From the NCBI RefSeq assembly GCF_000022265.1, contig NC_011979.1:1560001-1592000 (forward strand): DNA of 32,000 nucleotides, given 5' to 3'. Positions within the stretch are counted from its first letter, which is position 1; each line of letters starts with the position of its first letter. The translations under genes were made by a program, and so were the position numbers. This stretch comes from Geotalea daltonii FRC-32. GTDB taxonomy: Bacteria > Desulfobacterota > Desulfuromonadia > Geobacterales > Geobacteraceae. The notes below the pieces were generated by a model. It was not told the DNA's origin, searched no databases, and saw only the letters and a list, made by a program, of their open reading frames with translations. Positions 1-9,044 of the stretch are shown here, piece by piece.

Positions 1-1034
1 GCTATGACTACAGCCGCTCGGGCAATCCGACCAGGCAGGCATTGGAAGAGGGCATTGCCCGTCTCGATGGGGGGGCGAGGGGTTTTGCCTATGCCTCGGG
101 GATGGCAGCGATAACTAACCTGCTCATGCTGTTTCAGCGTGGCGACCACCTGATCGTCACAGAGGACCTGTACGGCGGCACTTACCGACTCTTCGAGCAG
201 ATCTTCCACCAGTACGGCCTGGAGTTCACCTATGTGGATACTTCCTCCCTGGACGAGGTGGCGGCAGCTCTTAAGCCCAATACCAAGGCACTCTTCGTTG
301 AATCTCTGACCAATCCGCTGCTGAAGGTGGCGGACATTAGGGCTTTGAGCAACCTCTGCCGGGAGCGGCAGCTGCTCTGCATCGTCGACAATACTTTTCT
401 GACGCCATACCTGCTCCGGCCACTGGACCTTGGGGCGGACATCACCGTTTACAGCGCCTCCAAATACCTGGCAGGTCATAATGACACCATTGCCGGTCTC
501 GTTGTGGCGAAAGATCCCCAGCTCGCTGAGCGCATTTATTTCCTGCAGAACTCGGTCGGTGCCGTGCTGGGACCCCAGGATTCATGGCTGGTGATCCGCG
601 GCATGAAAACTCTGAGCGTCAGGATGGACCGGCAGCAGGAAAATGCAGCTGCCCTGGCATCCTGGCTGGAGGGACACCCAACGGTGGCAAAAGTTCATTA
701 TCCGGGGCTTGCAGGACATGCAGGTCATGATCTATTGAAAGGCCAGGCTCGAGGATTCGGCGCCATGATAGCCTTCGAGGTAACCGATCCGGCATTGGTG
801 GAGACGCTGCTGCTCAAGACGCGTTTGATCTCCTTTGCGGAAAGCCTTGGCGGGGTGGAGACCTTGATCACCTTCCCCGAGTTGCAGACCCATGCCGATA
901 TAAAGGCCGAGATAAGAGCCAGGTTGGGCATCAATAATGTACTGTTGCGGCTGTCGGTGGGAATCGAAGATGTCAACGATCTCATTGCAGATCTGGAACA
1001 GGCCTTTGCACAGGAAGAAAAGGGGGAAGCATGA
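1..1034 (+). CDS. Cys/Met-metabolism PLP-dependent enzyme (cystathionine gamma-synthase / beta-lyase family), 5'-truncated by window edge
   Basis: The reading frame is open from the window edge (YDYSRSGNPTRQALEE...), so the TTG at 42 in the ORF track is internal. Family hallmarks are present: RSGNPT, DNTFLTP and the PLP-lysine motif SASKYLAGHND. The stop overlaps the next start (ATGA at 1031-1034). Confidence 0.85.
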   Translation, partial: YDYSRSGNPTRQALEEGIARLDGGARGFAYASGMAAITNLLMLFQRGDHLIVTEDLYGGTYRLFEQIFHQYGLEFTYVDTSSLDEVAAALKPNTKALFVESLTNPLLKVADIRALSNLCRERQLLCIVDNTFLTPYLLRPLDLGADITVYSASKYLAGHNDTIAGLVVAKDPQLAERIYFLQNSVGAVLGPQDSWLVIRGMKTLSVRMDRQQENAAALASWLEGHPTVAKVHYPGLAGHAGHDLLKGQARGFGAMIAFEVTDPALVETLLLKTRLISFAESLGGVETLITFPELQTHADIKAEIRARLGINNVLLRLSVGIEDVNDLIADLEQAFAQEEKGEA

Positions 1035-2167
1035 AGTTCGGCACGCAGATCATTCACAACAAGCATAGCATCGATCCATACGCAAAGGGGCTGTCGGTGC
1101 CTATCTACCAAGTCTCCACCTTCGCCCAGGAGTCTGTTGACCATTTCGGCAAGTACGACTATGCCCGCTCGGGCAACCCCACCCGGGATGCACTGGAGGA
1201 GACGGTGGCGCTACTGGAAAACGGCAGCCACGGCTTTGCCTTCGCCTCGGGGATGGCGGCTATCTCCTCGGTGCTATTGCTCTTTTCCCCCGGCGACCAT
1301 CTGGTCGTCTGCGAAGATGTCTACGGCGGCGCCTTCAGGGTACTGACCACCCTTTTCACGCGCTTGGGCATCCAATCGACTTTCGTGGATGCCACTGATC
1401 CGGCGAGAATTGCCGAAGCCATCACTCCCGCCACCAAAGCCATCTACCTGGAAACGCCTTCAAATCCACTGCTGAAGATTACAGACCTCCGGGCTGCTGT
1501 GGATCTGGCCAAGGAGCGAGGCCTGCTCACCCTGGTGGATAATACCTTCATGACTCCTTACCTGCAGAGGCCCTTGGATCTGGGCTGTGACATCGTCCTC
1601 CACAGTGGCACCAAATTTCTAAACGGCCACAGCGACGTCATCTGCGGTTTTGCCGTGGTGAAGGACGAAGGGCTTGGCAAGCAAATCAAGTTCATCCAGA
1701 ACGCCTTCGGTGCGATACTCGGCCCACAGGATTGCTGGCTGGTGCTGCGCGGTCTGAAAACTCTGCGGGTCAGGATGGATGAGAGCCAGAAGAGCGCATT
1801 CAGCGTGGCCAATTGGCTGACCCAGCAGCGACGGGTGACGGAAGTTTTTTATCCCGGCCTGGAACAGCACCCGGGGTATGGGGTGCACAAGTCCCAGTCG
1901 GCGGGGCCGGGGGCGGTGTTGTCCTTCAAACTGGAAACGGTGGAACTGACCCACCGCCTGCTTGAGAAAATGGAATGTGCAGCCTTTGCCGTCAGCCTCG
2001 GTGGCGTCGAATCGATCATCTCCTACCCGCCGAAGATGTCCCATGCGGCCATGCCTGCAGAGGAGCGTGCTTCCCGGGGGATAACGGACAACCTGGTGCG
2101 GCTGTCCGTGGGGCTGGAGGAGACGGAGGATCTCATTGCCGACCTGGACCGGGTGATCAATTTCTAG
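1031..2167 (+). CDS. Cys/Met-metabolism PLP-dependent enzyme (cystathionine gamma-synthase / beta-lyase family), second tandem paralog
   Basis: 378 aa, with YDYARSGNPTR, DNTFMTPY and the PLP-lysine motif SGTKFLNGHSD. By eye it is well over 50 percent identical to the upstream ORF. The 4-nt ATGA overlap implies translational coupling. Confidence 0.85.
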   Translation: MKFGTQIIHNKHSIDPYAKGLSVPIYQVSTFAQESVDHFGKYDYARSGNPTRDALEETVALLENGSHGFAFASGMAAISSVLLLFSPGDHLVVCEDVYGGAFRVLTTLFTRLGIQSTFVDATDPARIAEAITPATKAIYLETPSNPLLKITDLRAAVDLAKERGLLTLVDNTFMTPYLQRPLDLGCDIVLHSGTKFLNGHSDVICGFAVVKDEGLGKQIKFIQNAFGAILGPQDCWLVLRGLKTLRVRMDESQKSAFSVANWLTQQRRVTEVFYPGLEQHPGYGVHKSQSAGPGAVLSFKLETVELTHRLLEKMECAAFAVSLGGVESIISYPPKMSHAAMPAEERASRGITDNLVRLSVGLEETEDLIADLDRVINF

Positions 2168-2189
2168 CGGTTTTAGTGCAGGAGGCGCT

Positions 2190-3002
2190 ATGGAAAAGAC
2201 CATTATCGACCTCATACGCAGTTTTGTCCGTGACGATCCGGGTAACCGCCTTTCCGGCAACCGGGCTCCTTACTTTGACGAACCGCTGATCGGTTTTGCT
2301 TCCGCCGCCGATTCACTCTTTGTGGAGTACAAACGGATCATCGGCCCCTTTCATCATTCTCCAGCCGAAATCTTACCGGGAGCGAAAACGGTCATCAGCT
2401 GGGTGTTGCCGATCAGCCGTGTCACCAGGGAAACCAACCGGCAGGAGGAGCAGTGGCCCTCCCGTGAATGGGCGGTGACCCGCAACAGTGGCGAGGCCTT
2501 CAACTCATCGCTGCGTCGCCACCTGGTAGCTTGGCTGGAAGAACAGGGGCACCGGGCCGTGGCCCCCCAACTGGCACCGGGTTGGCGGCAGATTGACGAG
2601 ACTCCCATCGGTATTGCCTCCACCTGGTCAGAGCGTCACGCAGCCTATGCCGCTGGGCTTGGTACCTTCAGCCTCAACGACGGCCTCATTACCCCTCGCG
2701 GCATAGCCCACCGACTGGGGAGCGTCATCACCGACCTTTCCCTTGCTCCGACACCGCGCACCTCCCTTGACTATCGCCATAACTGCCTCTGGTACCGTCA
2801 GGGAACCTGCGGTGCCTGCATCGGTCGATGCCCTGCAGGAGCACTTTCATTTCAGGGGCATAACAAGAGCATCTGTCGGGATTATGTCTATGGCGCCGCT
2901 CCTGCAGCGGTCGCAGAAGCGTATGGCGTGAACCAGACGGGCTGCGGCCTATGCCAGACACGTGTGTCGTGCGAGGCCATGGTGCCTGCATCGAAGAATT
3001 AA
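2190..3002 (+). CDS. Fe-S protein with QueG (epoxyqueuosine reductase) / reductive-dehalogenase-like C-terminal 4Fe-4S motifs
   Basis: 270 aa. The C-terminal region carries cysteine clusters C-x8-C-x2-C-x3-CP (CLWYRQGTCGACIGRCPAGAL) and GCGLCQTRVSC, as in QueG-like ferredoxin domains. The protein is shorter than canonical QueG, so the function is uncertain. Confidence 0.5.
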   Translation: MEKTIIDLIRSFVRDDPGNRLSGNRAPYFDEPLIGFASAADSLFVEYKRIIGPFHHSPAEILPGAKTVISWVLPISRVTRETNRQEEQWPSREWAVTRNSGEAFNSSLRRHLVAWLEEQGHRAVAPQLAPGWRQIDETPIGIASTWSERHAAYAAGLGTFSLNDGLITPRGIAHRLGSVITDLSLAPTPRTSLDYRHNCLWYRQGTCGACIGRCPAGALSFQGHNKSICRDYVYGAAPAAVAEAYGVNQTGCGLCQTRVSCEAMVPASKN

Positions 3003-3069
3003 CCCCCTGGAAAGAGAAAGCAGATGATCAAGTGGATCAATGGAATGACGGGTTCGAAGAAGCGATGCT

Positions 3070-4257
3070 TCAGGATATGTTGTCAGCCACAGATCTTGGC
3101 ACAACTCTGCTGTCCGTATCCACAGGCTTGTTCTCAAAAAATCTCTTTGCCAAAAGGAAATGCTTTTCATAGGCATGCCAAATAACTATTGATGTCAGCA
3201 GCGATACTATTATTGATGCTAAAAAAAACGAAAAGGAAATGATGAGATAACTTGAGGAGATATTTTTAAATAGCTGTTCCCAAAGGATGGCATTAATTAC
3301 CATGTGAACGATATAAATACAGTAACTGTGCTTACCGAATAGCCGCAATGCTCCATTATCAAAAAAGCGAACCAATATATTGCGCTTTGGTAAGAAGAGG
3401 ATGAGATTGATAATACTGACAAAGAAAATCGCATGTAGTGTGTAACCAAAACTCAGGCTGGCGAACCAGCTACCATTTTCTGCCCATCTATAGTTAAGAT
3501 AAATTACAAATATATTTATAGCTGAAGCCAGAAATGCAAAGTAGTATTTCCAAATATTAAGAAATTCCCTTATTCCAGAGCGAATAAAAACGGCCAACAA
3601 TGCCCCGATTAAGATGGCATCCATCCGACAGAATGTCCAGCTGGCAGCCCAGTAGCGCCAACCTCTAGCATAGAAAAAAAGGCTTGTCCTCAAGACTAAT
3701 GCGATAATCACAAGGATTATGGCTATTCTGGCGACGCTTTGAGGTTTGCAGTAGAAGACCATAATCGGCCAGACCAGATAAAAATGTTCTTCAACCGCCA
3801 ATGACCACATTGGTGCAAGCAAGTACTGGTTAAGTGTACCGTCAGGTACTATCAGGAAGTTCTGCAAGTATGAGTAGTAGATCAAGTGGATGTTTGGTGC
3901 TAACTGGCTATTGAAATAATCGACTAATTGCGGGGTTATAAAGAAAATGCCAGTTATGGCAAGATAATACAGTGGGAAGATACGCAAGATTCTTCGACTA
4001 AAAAAATTAATGAAGAACCTGTCTGTATTTTTGCTTTTTAGTAAAATGCCTGTTATTAAAAAACCGGAAAGGACAAAGAATAAATCAACTCCCAACCTGC
4101 CATATAAACTTGTCTCATGCATCGCCTTGTCAAGAGATGATAAACTTGGAACAGATACTCCGAAGGAATGTACATAAAGCACCATGAGTATTGCCCATCC
4201 GCGAATCCCGTCCAATGCAGGAATATTACGATCAACATCATCCATGTAACAAGCCAT
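3070..4257 (-). CDS. Integral-membrane acyltransferase family 3 (O-acyltransferase of glycans/lipids)
   Basis: N-terminal motifs IPALDGIRGWAILMVLYVHS and GVDLFFVLSGFLITG are typical of the Acyltransferase_3 family, and roughly 10 hydrophobic segments follow. The ATG at 4257 is preceded by the purine-rich GGGGTGGGAG; the ORF track's TTG at 4290 is an alternative start. The gene is visibly A/T-rich compared with its neighbours. Confidence 0.8.
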   Translation of the reverse strand: MACYMDDVDRNIPALDGIRGWAILMVLYVHSFGVSVPSLSSLDKAMHETSLYGRLGVDLFFVLSGFLITGILLKSKNTDRFFINFFSRRILRIFPLYYLAITGIFFITPQLVDYFNSQLAPNIHLIYYSYLQNFLIVPDGTLNQYLLAPMWSLAVEEHFYLVWPIMVFYCKPQSVARIAIILVIIALVLRTSLFFYARGWRYWAASWTFCRMDAILIGALLAVFIRSGIREFLNIWKYYFAFLASAINIFVIYLNYRWAENGSWFASLSFGYTLHAIFFVSIINLILFLPKRNILVRFFDNGALRLFGKHSYCIYIVHMVINAILWEQLFKNISSSYLIISFSFFLASIIVSLLTSIVIWHAYEKHFLLAKRFFENKPVDTDSRVVPRSVADNIS

Positions 4258-4530
4258 AGTCTCCCACCCCAAGGAAAGAAATAAATTCAAATTTTGCTTG
4301 GATTGTATTTGCTCTGTAACGTGTAGTTTTTCATTAATTTACTATACTCTGTGAAGGCTTTTGTATAAACCTTTTGGTAGGTGCATTCAAGGTTAATTTT
4401 GATGATGGCAGTATTTGTAGGCGCGGCAGATATAGGGCAATTGCATAAAAGCGAATATCATTGGCCTCTTTTCATAACTACACACCTGCTTAGCTTTTTA
4501 TAGAGGCATGGACTGGGGACGTTGCATCGA

Positions 4531-4565
4531 AACAAAAAGGGTTTACAGCTGCGCGCTGTAAACCC
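4531..4565 (-). terminator. Rho-independent terminator downstream of tRNA-Thr
   Basis: On the minus strand: GGGTTTACAGC-GCGC-GCTGTAAACCC hairpin followed by TTTTTGTT. Confidence 0.6.
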
Positions 4566-4575
4566 TTGTAGTTAC

Positions 4576-4651
<76 letters not shown>

Positions 4652-4716
4652 CAATCGAGCTATTCTATTATATCAATTCCTGCGTCAAGTCAACCCATTT
4701 GCAGGCATACGGTCAT

Positions 4717-6027
4717 TTACTTGGCCTTGGCCGCCTGTTTTTCCATGGCGTCATCCATAACCTTGTAAGCACAAAACTCACCGCACATGGTGCAGGCGCC
4801 ATGCTCTGCAACCCCTGATTCGGCGCGGAGTCGCCGGGCTTTTTCCGGATCGATGGCCAAGGCAAACTGCCCTTCCCAGTCGAGCTTTTTCCTGCAGCGG
4901 GCCATCTGGATATCCTTCTCCATGGCGCCCTTGACCCCTTTGACGATATCCGCAGCATGGCCGGCGATGCGGGAGGCGATGACTCCCTCGCGGACATCGT
5001 CGACGGTGGGTAGGCGGAGGTGTTCGCTCGGCGTGACATAGCAGAGGAAGTCGGCGCCGGCGGCAGCGGCGATGGTGCCGCCGATGGCGCTGGTGATGTG
5101 GTCATAGCCGGGGGCGATATCCGTGACCAGCGGCCCAAGCACATAGAATGGTGCGCCGTGGCAGAGCCGCTTCTGCAACTGGATATTTGCCTCGATCTGA
5201 CTTAGGGGCATGTGGCCCGGGCCCTCGATCATCACCTGGACGCCGAAATCCTGGGCCCGTTGTGTCAGTTCGCCGAGGAGGATCAGCTCATGGATTTGGG
5301 CGCGATCGGTGGCATCGGCCAGACAGCCGGGGCGAAAGCCGTCGCCGAGGGAGAGGGTCATGTCATAGGCCTTGGTGATCTCCAGCAGCCGGTCGAAGTG
5401 TTCGAAGAGCGGATTTTCCTTCCTGTTGTAGGTCATCCACTCGATGGTGAATGCACCGCCGCGGGAGACCACGTCCATGATTCTGCCTTCGTTGCGCATC
5501 CGCTCCACAGTGCTTCTGGTGACGCCGCAATGCACGGTGATGAAGTCGACGCCATCTTCGGCGTGCTTGATGATTCCTTCGAAAATATCGTCAACCGTCA
5601 TGTCGACGATGGCCTTGTTCTTGGTCCGGACAGCATCCAGCGCTGCCTGATAGAGAGGCACCGAGCCGATGCAGGCAGTAGTTTCGGCTATGATGGCGCG
5701 CCTTATTTCGTCCACAGGCCCGCCGGTGGAAAGGTCCATGATGGCGTCGGCACCGTGTTTGACAGCGACCCTGGCCTTTTCCAGTTCCTTGGCGATATCC
5801 AGATCGTCGGCCGAACTGCCGATATTGGCGTTGATCTTGGTGCGGAGTCCTTTGCCCACAGCCAGAGGGCGGCCATTGCCATGTTTTATGTTGTGGCAGA
5901 TGATGATATTTCCAGCAACCAGCCCGTCACGGATGAATTCCGGGGAAATGCCTTCGGCAAGGGCTGCTTCCTTCATTTCCTTGGTAACGATGCCCTGGCG
6001 GGCAGATTCCAGTTGTGTCTTTTCCAT
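4717..6027 (-). CDS. thiC: Phosphomethylpyrimidine synthase ThiC (radical SAM)
   Basis: Full-length ThiC-like sequence (…NIGSSADD…, …MIEGPGH…) with the C-terminal CTMCGEFCA cluster motif. The ATG at 6027 has an AGGAG 5 nt upstream and lies 2 nt after the thiED stop. The ORF track's start at 6042 would overlap thiED. Confidence 0.93.
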   Translation of the reverse strand: MEKTQLESARQGIVTKEMKEAALAEGISPEFIRDGLVAGNIIICHNIKHGNGRPLAVGKGLRTKINANIGSSADDLDIAKELEKARVAVKHGADAIMDLSTGGPVDEIRRAIIAETTACIGSVPLYQAALDAVRTKNKAIVDMTVDDIFEGIIKHAEDGVDFITVHCGVTRSTVERMRNEGRIMDVVSRGGAFTIEWMTYNRKENPLFEHFDRLLEITKAYDMTLSLGDGFRPGCLADATDRAQIHELILLGELTQRAQDFGVQVMIEGPGHMPLSQIEANIQLQKRLCHGAPFYVLGPLVTDIAPGYDHITSAIGGTIAAAAGADFLCYVTPSEHLRLPTVDDVREGVIASRIAGHAADIVKGVKGAMEKDIQMARCRKKLDWEGQFALAIDPEKARRLRAESGVAEHGACTMCGEFCAYKVMDDAMEKQAAKAK

Positions 6028-6029
6028 AG

Positions 6030-7529
6030 TTACTCCTGACATGGCACGCCTTGTTGACAGCGGACCTTTTGTGCTGCCATATAATGGTTTACCGGCCCGT
6101 GTCCTTTACCTAAAGGGTGGGCCAGTTTTATTGCAGCGGTGATGAATTCCTTGGCGCGGGCAACCGCCTGCGGCAGCGGCTCGCCTTGGGCCAGGAATGT
6201 GGAAATGGCCGAGGCCAACGTGCAGCCGGTGCCATGGGTGTTTTTGGTGAGAATGCGCGGCACAGGAAACTGGCTGAAGTTTTTCCCGTCAAAAAGGATG
6301 TCCACGGCAGTTCCTTCTGCCAGATGGCCTCCTTTTACGAGTACGTTCCTGGCTCCCATCTGGTGCAGGGTTTTGGCAGCCCGTTGCATGTCATCCTCAC
6401 AGCTTACGGTGAAGCCTGTCAATTTCTCAGCTTCCGGAATGTTCGGTGTCAGCAGGTAGGCGCACGGGAGAAGTCTCTTCTTGAAGATGGCCAATGCTTC
6501 CCGGTCGATAAGTTCTGCTCCACCCTTGGCCAGCATCACCGGATCTATGATGATGATCTTTTTGCCATACTGCTGCAGCTTGTCGGCGATGATGCCGATG
6601 TTGTCTGCAGAGAAAAGCATGCCTGTCTTTACCACGTCTACATGGATGTCGGACAGAACGGAATCCAGTTGCTGGGCCAGGAATTCTGCAGGCACACCAT
6701 GGATGGCTGCGACTCCGCGGGTATTCTGGGCTGTGAGGGCAGTCATTGCCGACGCACCATAGGAGCCGAGAAGGGTGATGGTTTTCAGGTCGGCCTGAAT
6801 ACCGGCCCCGCCGCCGGAATCGCTGCCGGCGATGGTAAGGACATTGCCGCGGGGGAATTGTGCTCTGCGGTTGAAAAGAAGTGCAAGTTCGGCAGCTGCC
6901 AGACCCGGCTCCCTGTGCCCCAGGATCGCCGAAATAACCGCCAGGGCGTCTGCGCCGTTATCGACTATCTGACTGCCGTTGTCGCGATTGATACCCCCTA
7001 TGGCAACGACAGGCAGTTTCACCCGTTCCTTTATTGCCGGCAATGCTTCAGGACCGGCCAGATGGCTGATCTCCTTGCTGTCGGTGGGAAACATGGCGCC
7101 CAGACCTATGTAATCGGCACCGTCGGACTGAGCCTTGAGGGCTTCTTCCATATTGTGGGTGGATACACCGATGATCTTTCGCGGGCCAAGCTCCCGCCGT
7201 GCCTCCAGCGGACTGCCGTCATCCTGTCCAAGATGAAGTCCGTCTGCGTCAAGGGCCTTGGCCAGCGCCAGATCATCATTGACGAGAAAGGTGACGCCTG
7301 CTTCGGCACATTGTTTTTTCAGCTGCAGGCCGATGGACAGTTTTTCGCCAGGCTCCCCTGTTTTCTTTCGGTATTGAACTACGCTTACACCGCTGTTGAT
7401 GGCTACCTTCACCCGTTCGGCAAGTCGAATCCCTTCATCGGTAACCAGATAGACTCCCCTGATGGGGGAATTATTCAACTCCCGATCGACTACAAGACGG
7501 AGAAAATCTTTTCTGTTTTCCATGGACAT
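6030..7529 (-). CDS. thiED: Bifunctional thiamine-phosphate synthase (ThiE, N-terminal) / hydroxymethylpyrimidine-phosphate kinase (ThiD, C-terminal)
   Basis: The N-terminal half is ThiE-like (VYLVTDE…, GADYIGLGAMFPT, VVAIGGI). The C-terminal half is ThiD-like (VLTIAGSDSGGGAGIQADLKT, GTGCTLASAI). The likely start is ATG 7529 (MSMENRK); the ORF track's start at 7577 would run through a terminator hairpin. Confidence 0.9.
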   Translation of the reverse strand: MSMENRKDFLRLVVDRELNNSPIRGVYLVTDEGIRLAERVKVAINSGVSVVQYRKKTGEPGEKLSIGLQLKKQCAEAGVTFLVNDDLALAKALDADGLHLGQDDGSPLEARRELGPRKIIGVSTHNMEEALKAQSDGADYIGLGAMFPTDSKEISHLAGPEALPAIKERVKLPVVAIGGINRDNGSQIVDNGADALAVISAILGHREPGLAAAELALLFNRRAQFPRGNVLTIAGSDSGGGAGIQADLKTITLLGSYGASAMTALTAQNTRGVAAIHGVPAEFLAQQLDSVLSDIHVDVVKTGMLFSADNIGIIADKLQQYGKKIIIIDPVMLAKGGAELIDREALAIFKKRLLPCAYLLTPNIPEAEKLTGFTVSCEDDMQRAAKTLHQMGARNVLVKGGHLAEGTAVDILFDGKNFSQFPVPRILTKNTHGTGCTLASAISTFLAQGEPLPQAVARAKEFITAAIKLAHPLGKGHGPVNHYMAAQKVRCQQGVPCQE

Positions 7530-7560
7530 CCTGCTACGAACGTAAAAGCCGGGGCAAAGC

Positions 7561-7705
7561 AGGAAAAGCCGCGGCAATAAGGTCGCGGCTTTTCAGAGGT
7601 AAATCGGTTATGTCTGGCCACTTTTCTCTGCGCCTGAAAATCCGGACAGTGCAAATGATTTCAGCGTCAGCCAAACTCATTCTATTGTTTGCTATTTCTG
7701 GATGT
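7561..7705 (-). promoter_or_regulatory. thiED-thiC 5' leader: attenuator terminator plus a degenerate THI-box-like segment (candidate TPP riboswitch)
   Basis: On the minus strand, an AAAAGCCGCG…CGCGGCTTTT hairpin with a U-tract (7561-7593) sits about 30 nt upstream of the start codon. Upstream of it, GCTGAAA…CTGTCCGGATTTTCAGGCGCAGAGAA resembles the THI-box core (CTGAGA … CCTGATCCGGATAATGCCGGCGNAGGGA). The invariant CTGAGA and the GGGG/ACCC P2 helix are not cleanly present. Confidence 0.4.
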
Positions 7706-7902
7706 ATACAAAAGTCACATAACCTAAAATATATTTGCTGTTTAGTCAATGATTTATTGCGAGTGCAAGATGGATTGTGCAGGTACAAAAAGAGCCGTTT
7801 CCGAGAAAAAGCAATTCACTTTACAGTGTCGGAGATACGTGCTAGAAAATCTTCCATCGCCCCATTAGGCAATTAGTCAATTACGGCAGATGGAGTCTGA
7901 AA

Positions 7903-9036
7903 CTGATTATCGACAGTCGCCCTACCATAGCCGAGATCGATTTATCCGCTCTCAGGCACAATTTTCTTGAGGTAAAAAAGGTGGCCAGGCCGGGTTGCGG
8001 CCTGCTGGCGGTGGTCAAGGCCGATGCCTATGGCCACGGTTTCATGGATATTTCCCTGGAACTGGAATCCCTTGGAGTTACCGCCTTCGGTGTCGCTTTT
8101 CTGGCAGAAGGGATCCAGCTGCGCAAAAGCGGCATCGATCGCCCCATCCTGATCCTCGGAGGAATTTATCCCGGACAGGAAAAGAAATGCGTTGGCTTTA
8201 ACATTTCCACGGCGGTTTTCAGCCTGGAGCAGGCCAAGGCTTTGGATGAAACAGCCCGAAAACTTTACCGCAAGGCCAAGGTCCATCTCAAGGTCGACAC
8301 CGGCATGGGGCGCCTCGGCGTAACCATTGCCGAGGCCGGGGCTTTCCTGCGGGAATTGCGAGGCCTGAAAAATATCGAGCTGGAGGGTATTTTTTCCCAT
8401 TTTGCTTCAGCCGACGAACTGGATGAAAGCGGTAACCGTTATACTGCACAGCAGGCGGAAATTTTTGCCCTGGTGCTGCAAGACGCGAAGAAAGTCGGCT
8501 TCTCTCCCACCTATGTGCACATTGCCAACAGTGCCGCTGCCTTCAGCAGGGATTTACCCTTTTGCAACCTGATGCGTCCGGGGATTGTCCTCTATGGGGC
8601 CTTGCCTTCCGCCGACTTCAAAGGGAAAATAGATGTGAAACCGGTAATGCGACTGAAAAGCAGGGTTGCCATGCTGAAATGGGTTGAACAGGATACCTCC
8701 ATAAGCTATGCCCGTCGCTATGTGAGTCAGGGTAAAACCCTGGTGGCAAGCGTTCCGGTAGGCTATGCCGATGGTTATGACCGTGGCCTGACCAACAAAG
8801 GTGAAGCATTGATTCGTGGCCAGCGGGCAAGGGTGGCCGGCACTGTCTGCATGGACTGGATCATGCTTGATGTGACCCACATCCCCGGAGTCCAGGTGGG
8901 GGACGAGGTGACCCTGTTAGGCTGCGACGGCCAGGGCAACTGCATCCATGCGGAAGAGCTGGCGGAGTTGGCGGGCACCATTCCCTACGAGATATTCTGC
9001 GGGATCAGCAAGAGGGTGCCGCGCGTATATATTTAA
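7903..9036 (+). CDS. alr: Alanine racemase
   Basis: PLP-lysine motif [11 protein letters not shown] and Alr-like sequence throughout. The conserved N-terminal segment [21 protein letters not shown] lies upstream of the ORF track's GTG at 7981 in the same open frame. No ATG, GTG or TTG exists in that frame, so the start is set at CTG 7903 (GGAG 7 nt upstream) with low certainty. The stop is firm. Confidence 0.88.
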   Translation: MIIDSRPTIAEIDLSALRHNFLEVKKVARPGCGLLAVVKADAYGHGFMDISLELESLGVTAFGVAFLAEGIQLRKSGIDRPILILGGIYPGQEKKCVGFNISTAVFSLEQAKALDETARKLYRKAKVHLKVDTGMGRLGVTIAEAGAFLRELRGLKNIELEGIFSHFASADELDESGNRYTAQQAEIFALVLQDAKKVGFSPTYVHIANSAAAFSRDLPFCNLMRPGIVLYGALPSADFKGKIDVKPVMRLKSRVAMLKWVEQDTSISYARRYVSQGKTLVASVPVGYADGYDRGLTNKGEALIRGQRARVAGTVCMDWIMLDVTHIPGVQVGDEVTLLGCDGQGNCIHAEELAELAGTIPYEIFCGISKRVPRVYI

Positions 9037-9044
9037 CTTATTTA

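Noticed and set aside
3003-3070. GACGGGTTCGAAG, which resembles the tRNA T-arm and could be an att-type repeat delimiting the acyltransferase islet.
   Set aside because: It is in the wrong orientation relative to the minus-strand tRNA and matches only ~10 nt. This is likely coincidence.
6117-7580. A 487-aa ORF antisense to thiED. Similar long antisense ORFs occur at 5212-6039, 9661-10521, 1619-2260 and 11548-12240.
   Set aside because: These are shadow ORFs opposite strongly supported G+C-rich genes. Their translations are low-complexity and R/G/A/P-rich, with no recognisable motifs or RBS.
7610-7876. An 88-aa ORF in the thiED/alr intergenic region.
   Set aside because: It lies in A/T-rich promoter and leader DNA. 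It has no RBS, an odd composition, and overlaps the putative thi leader on the other strand.
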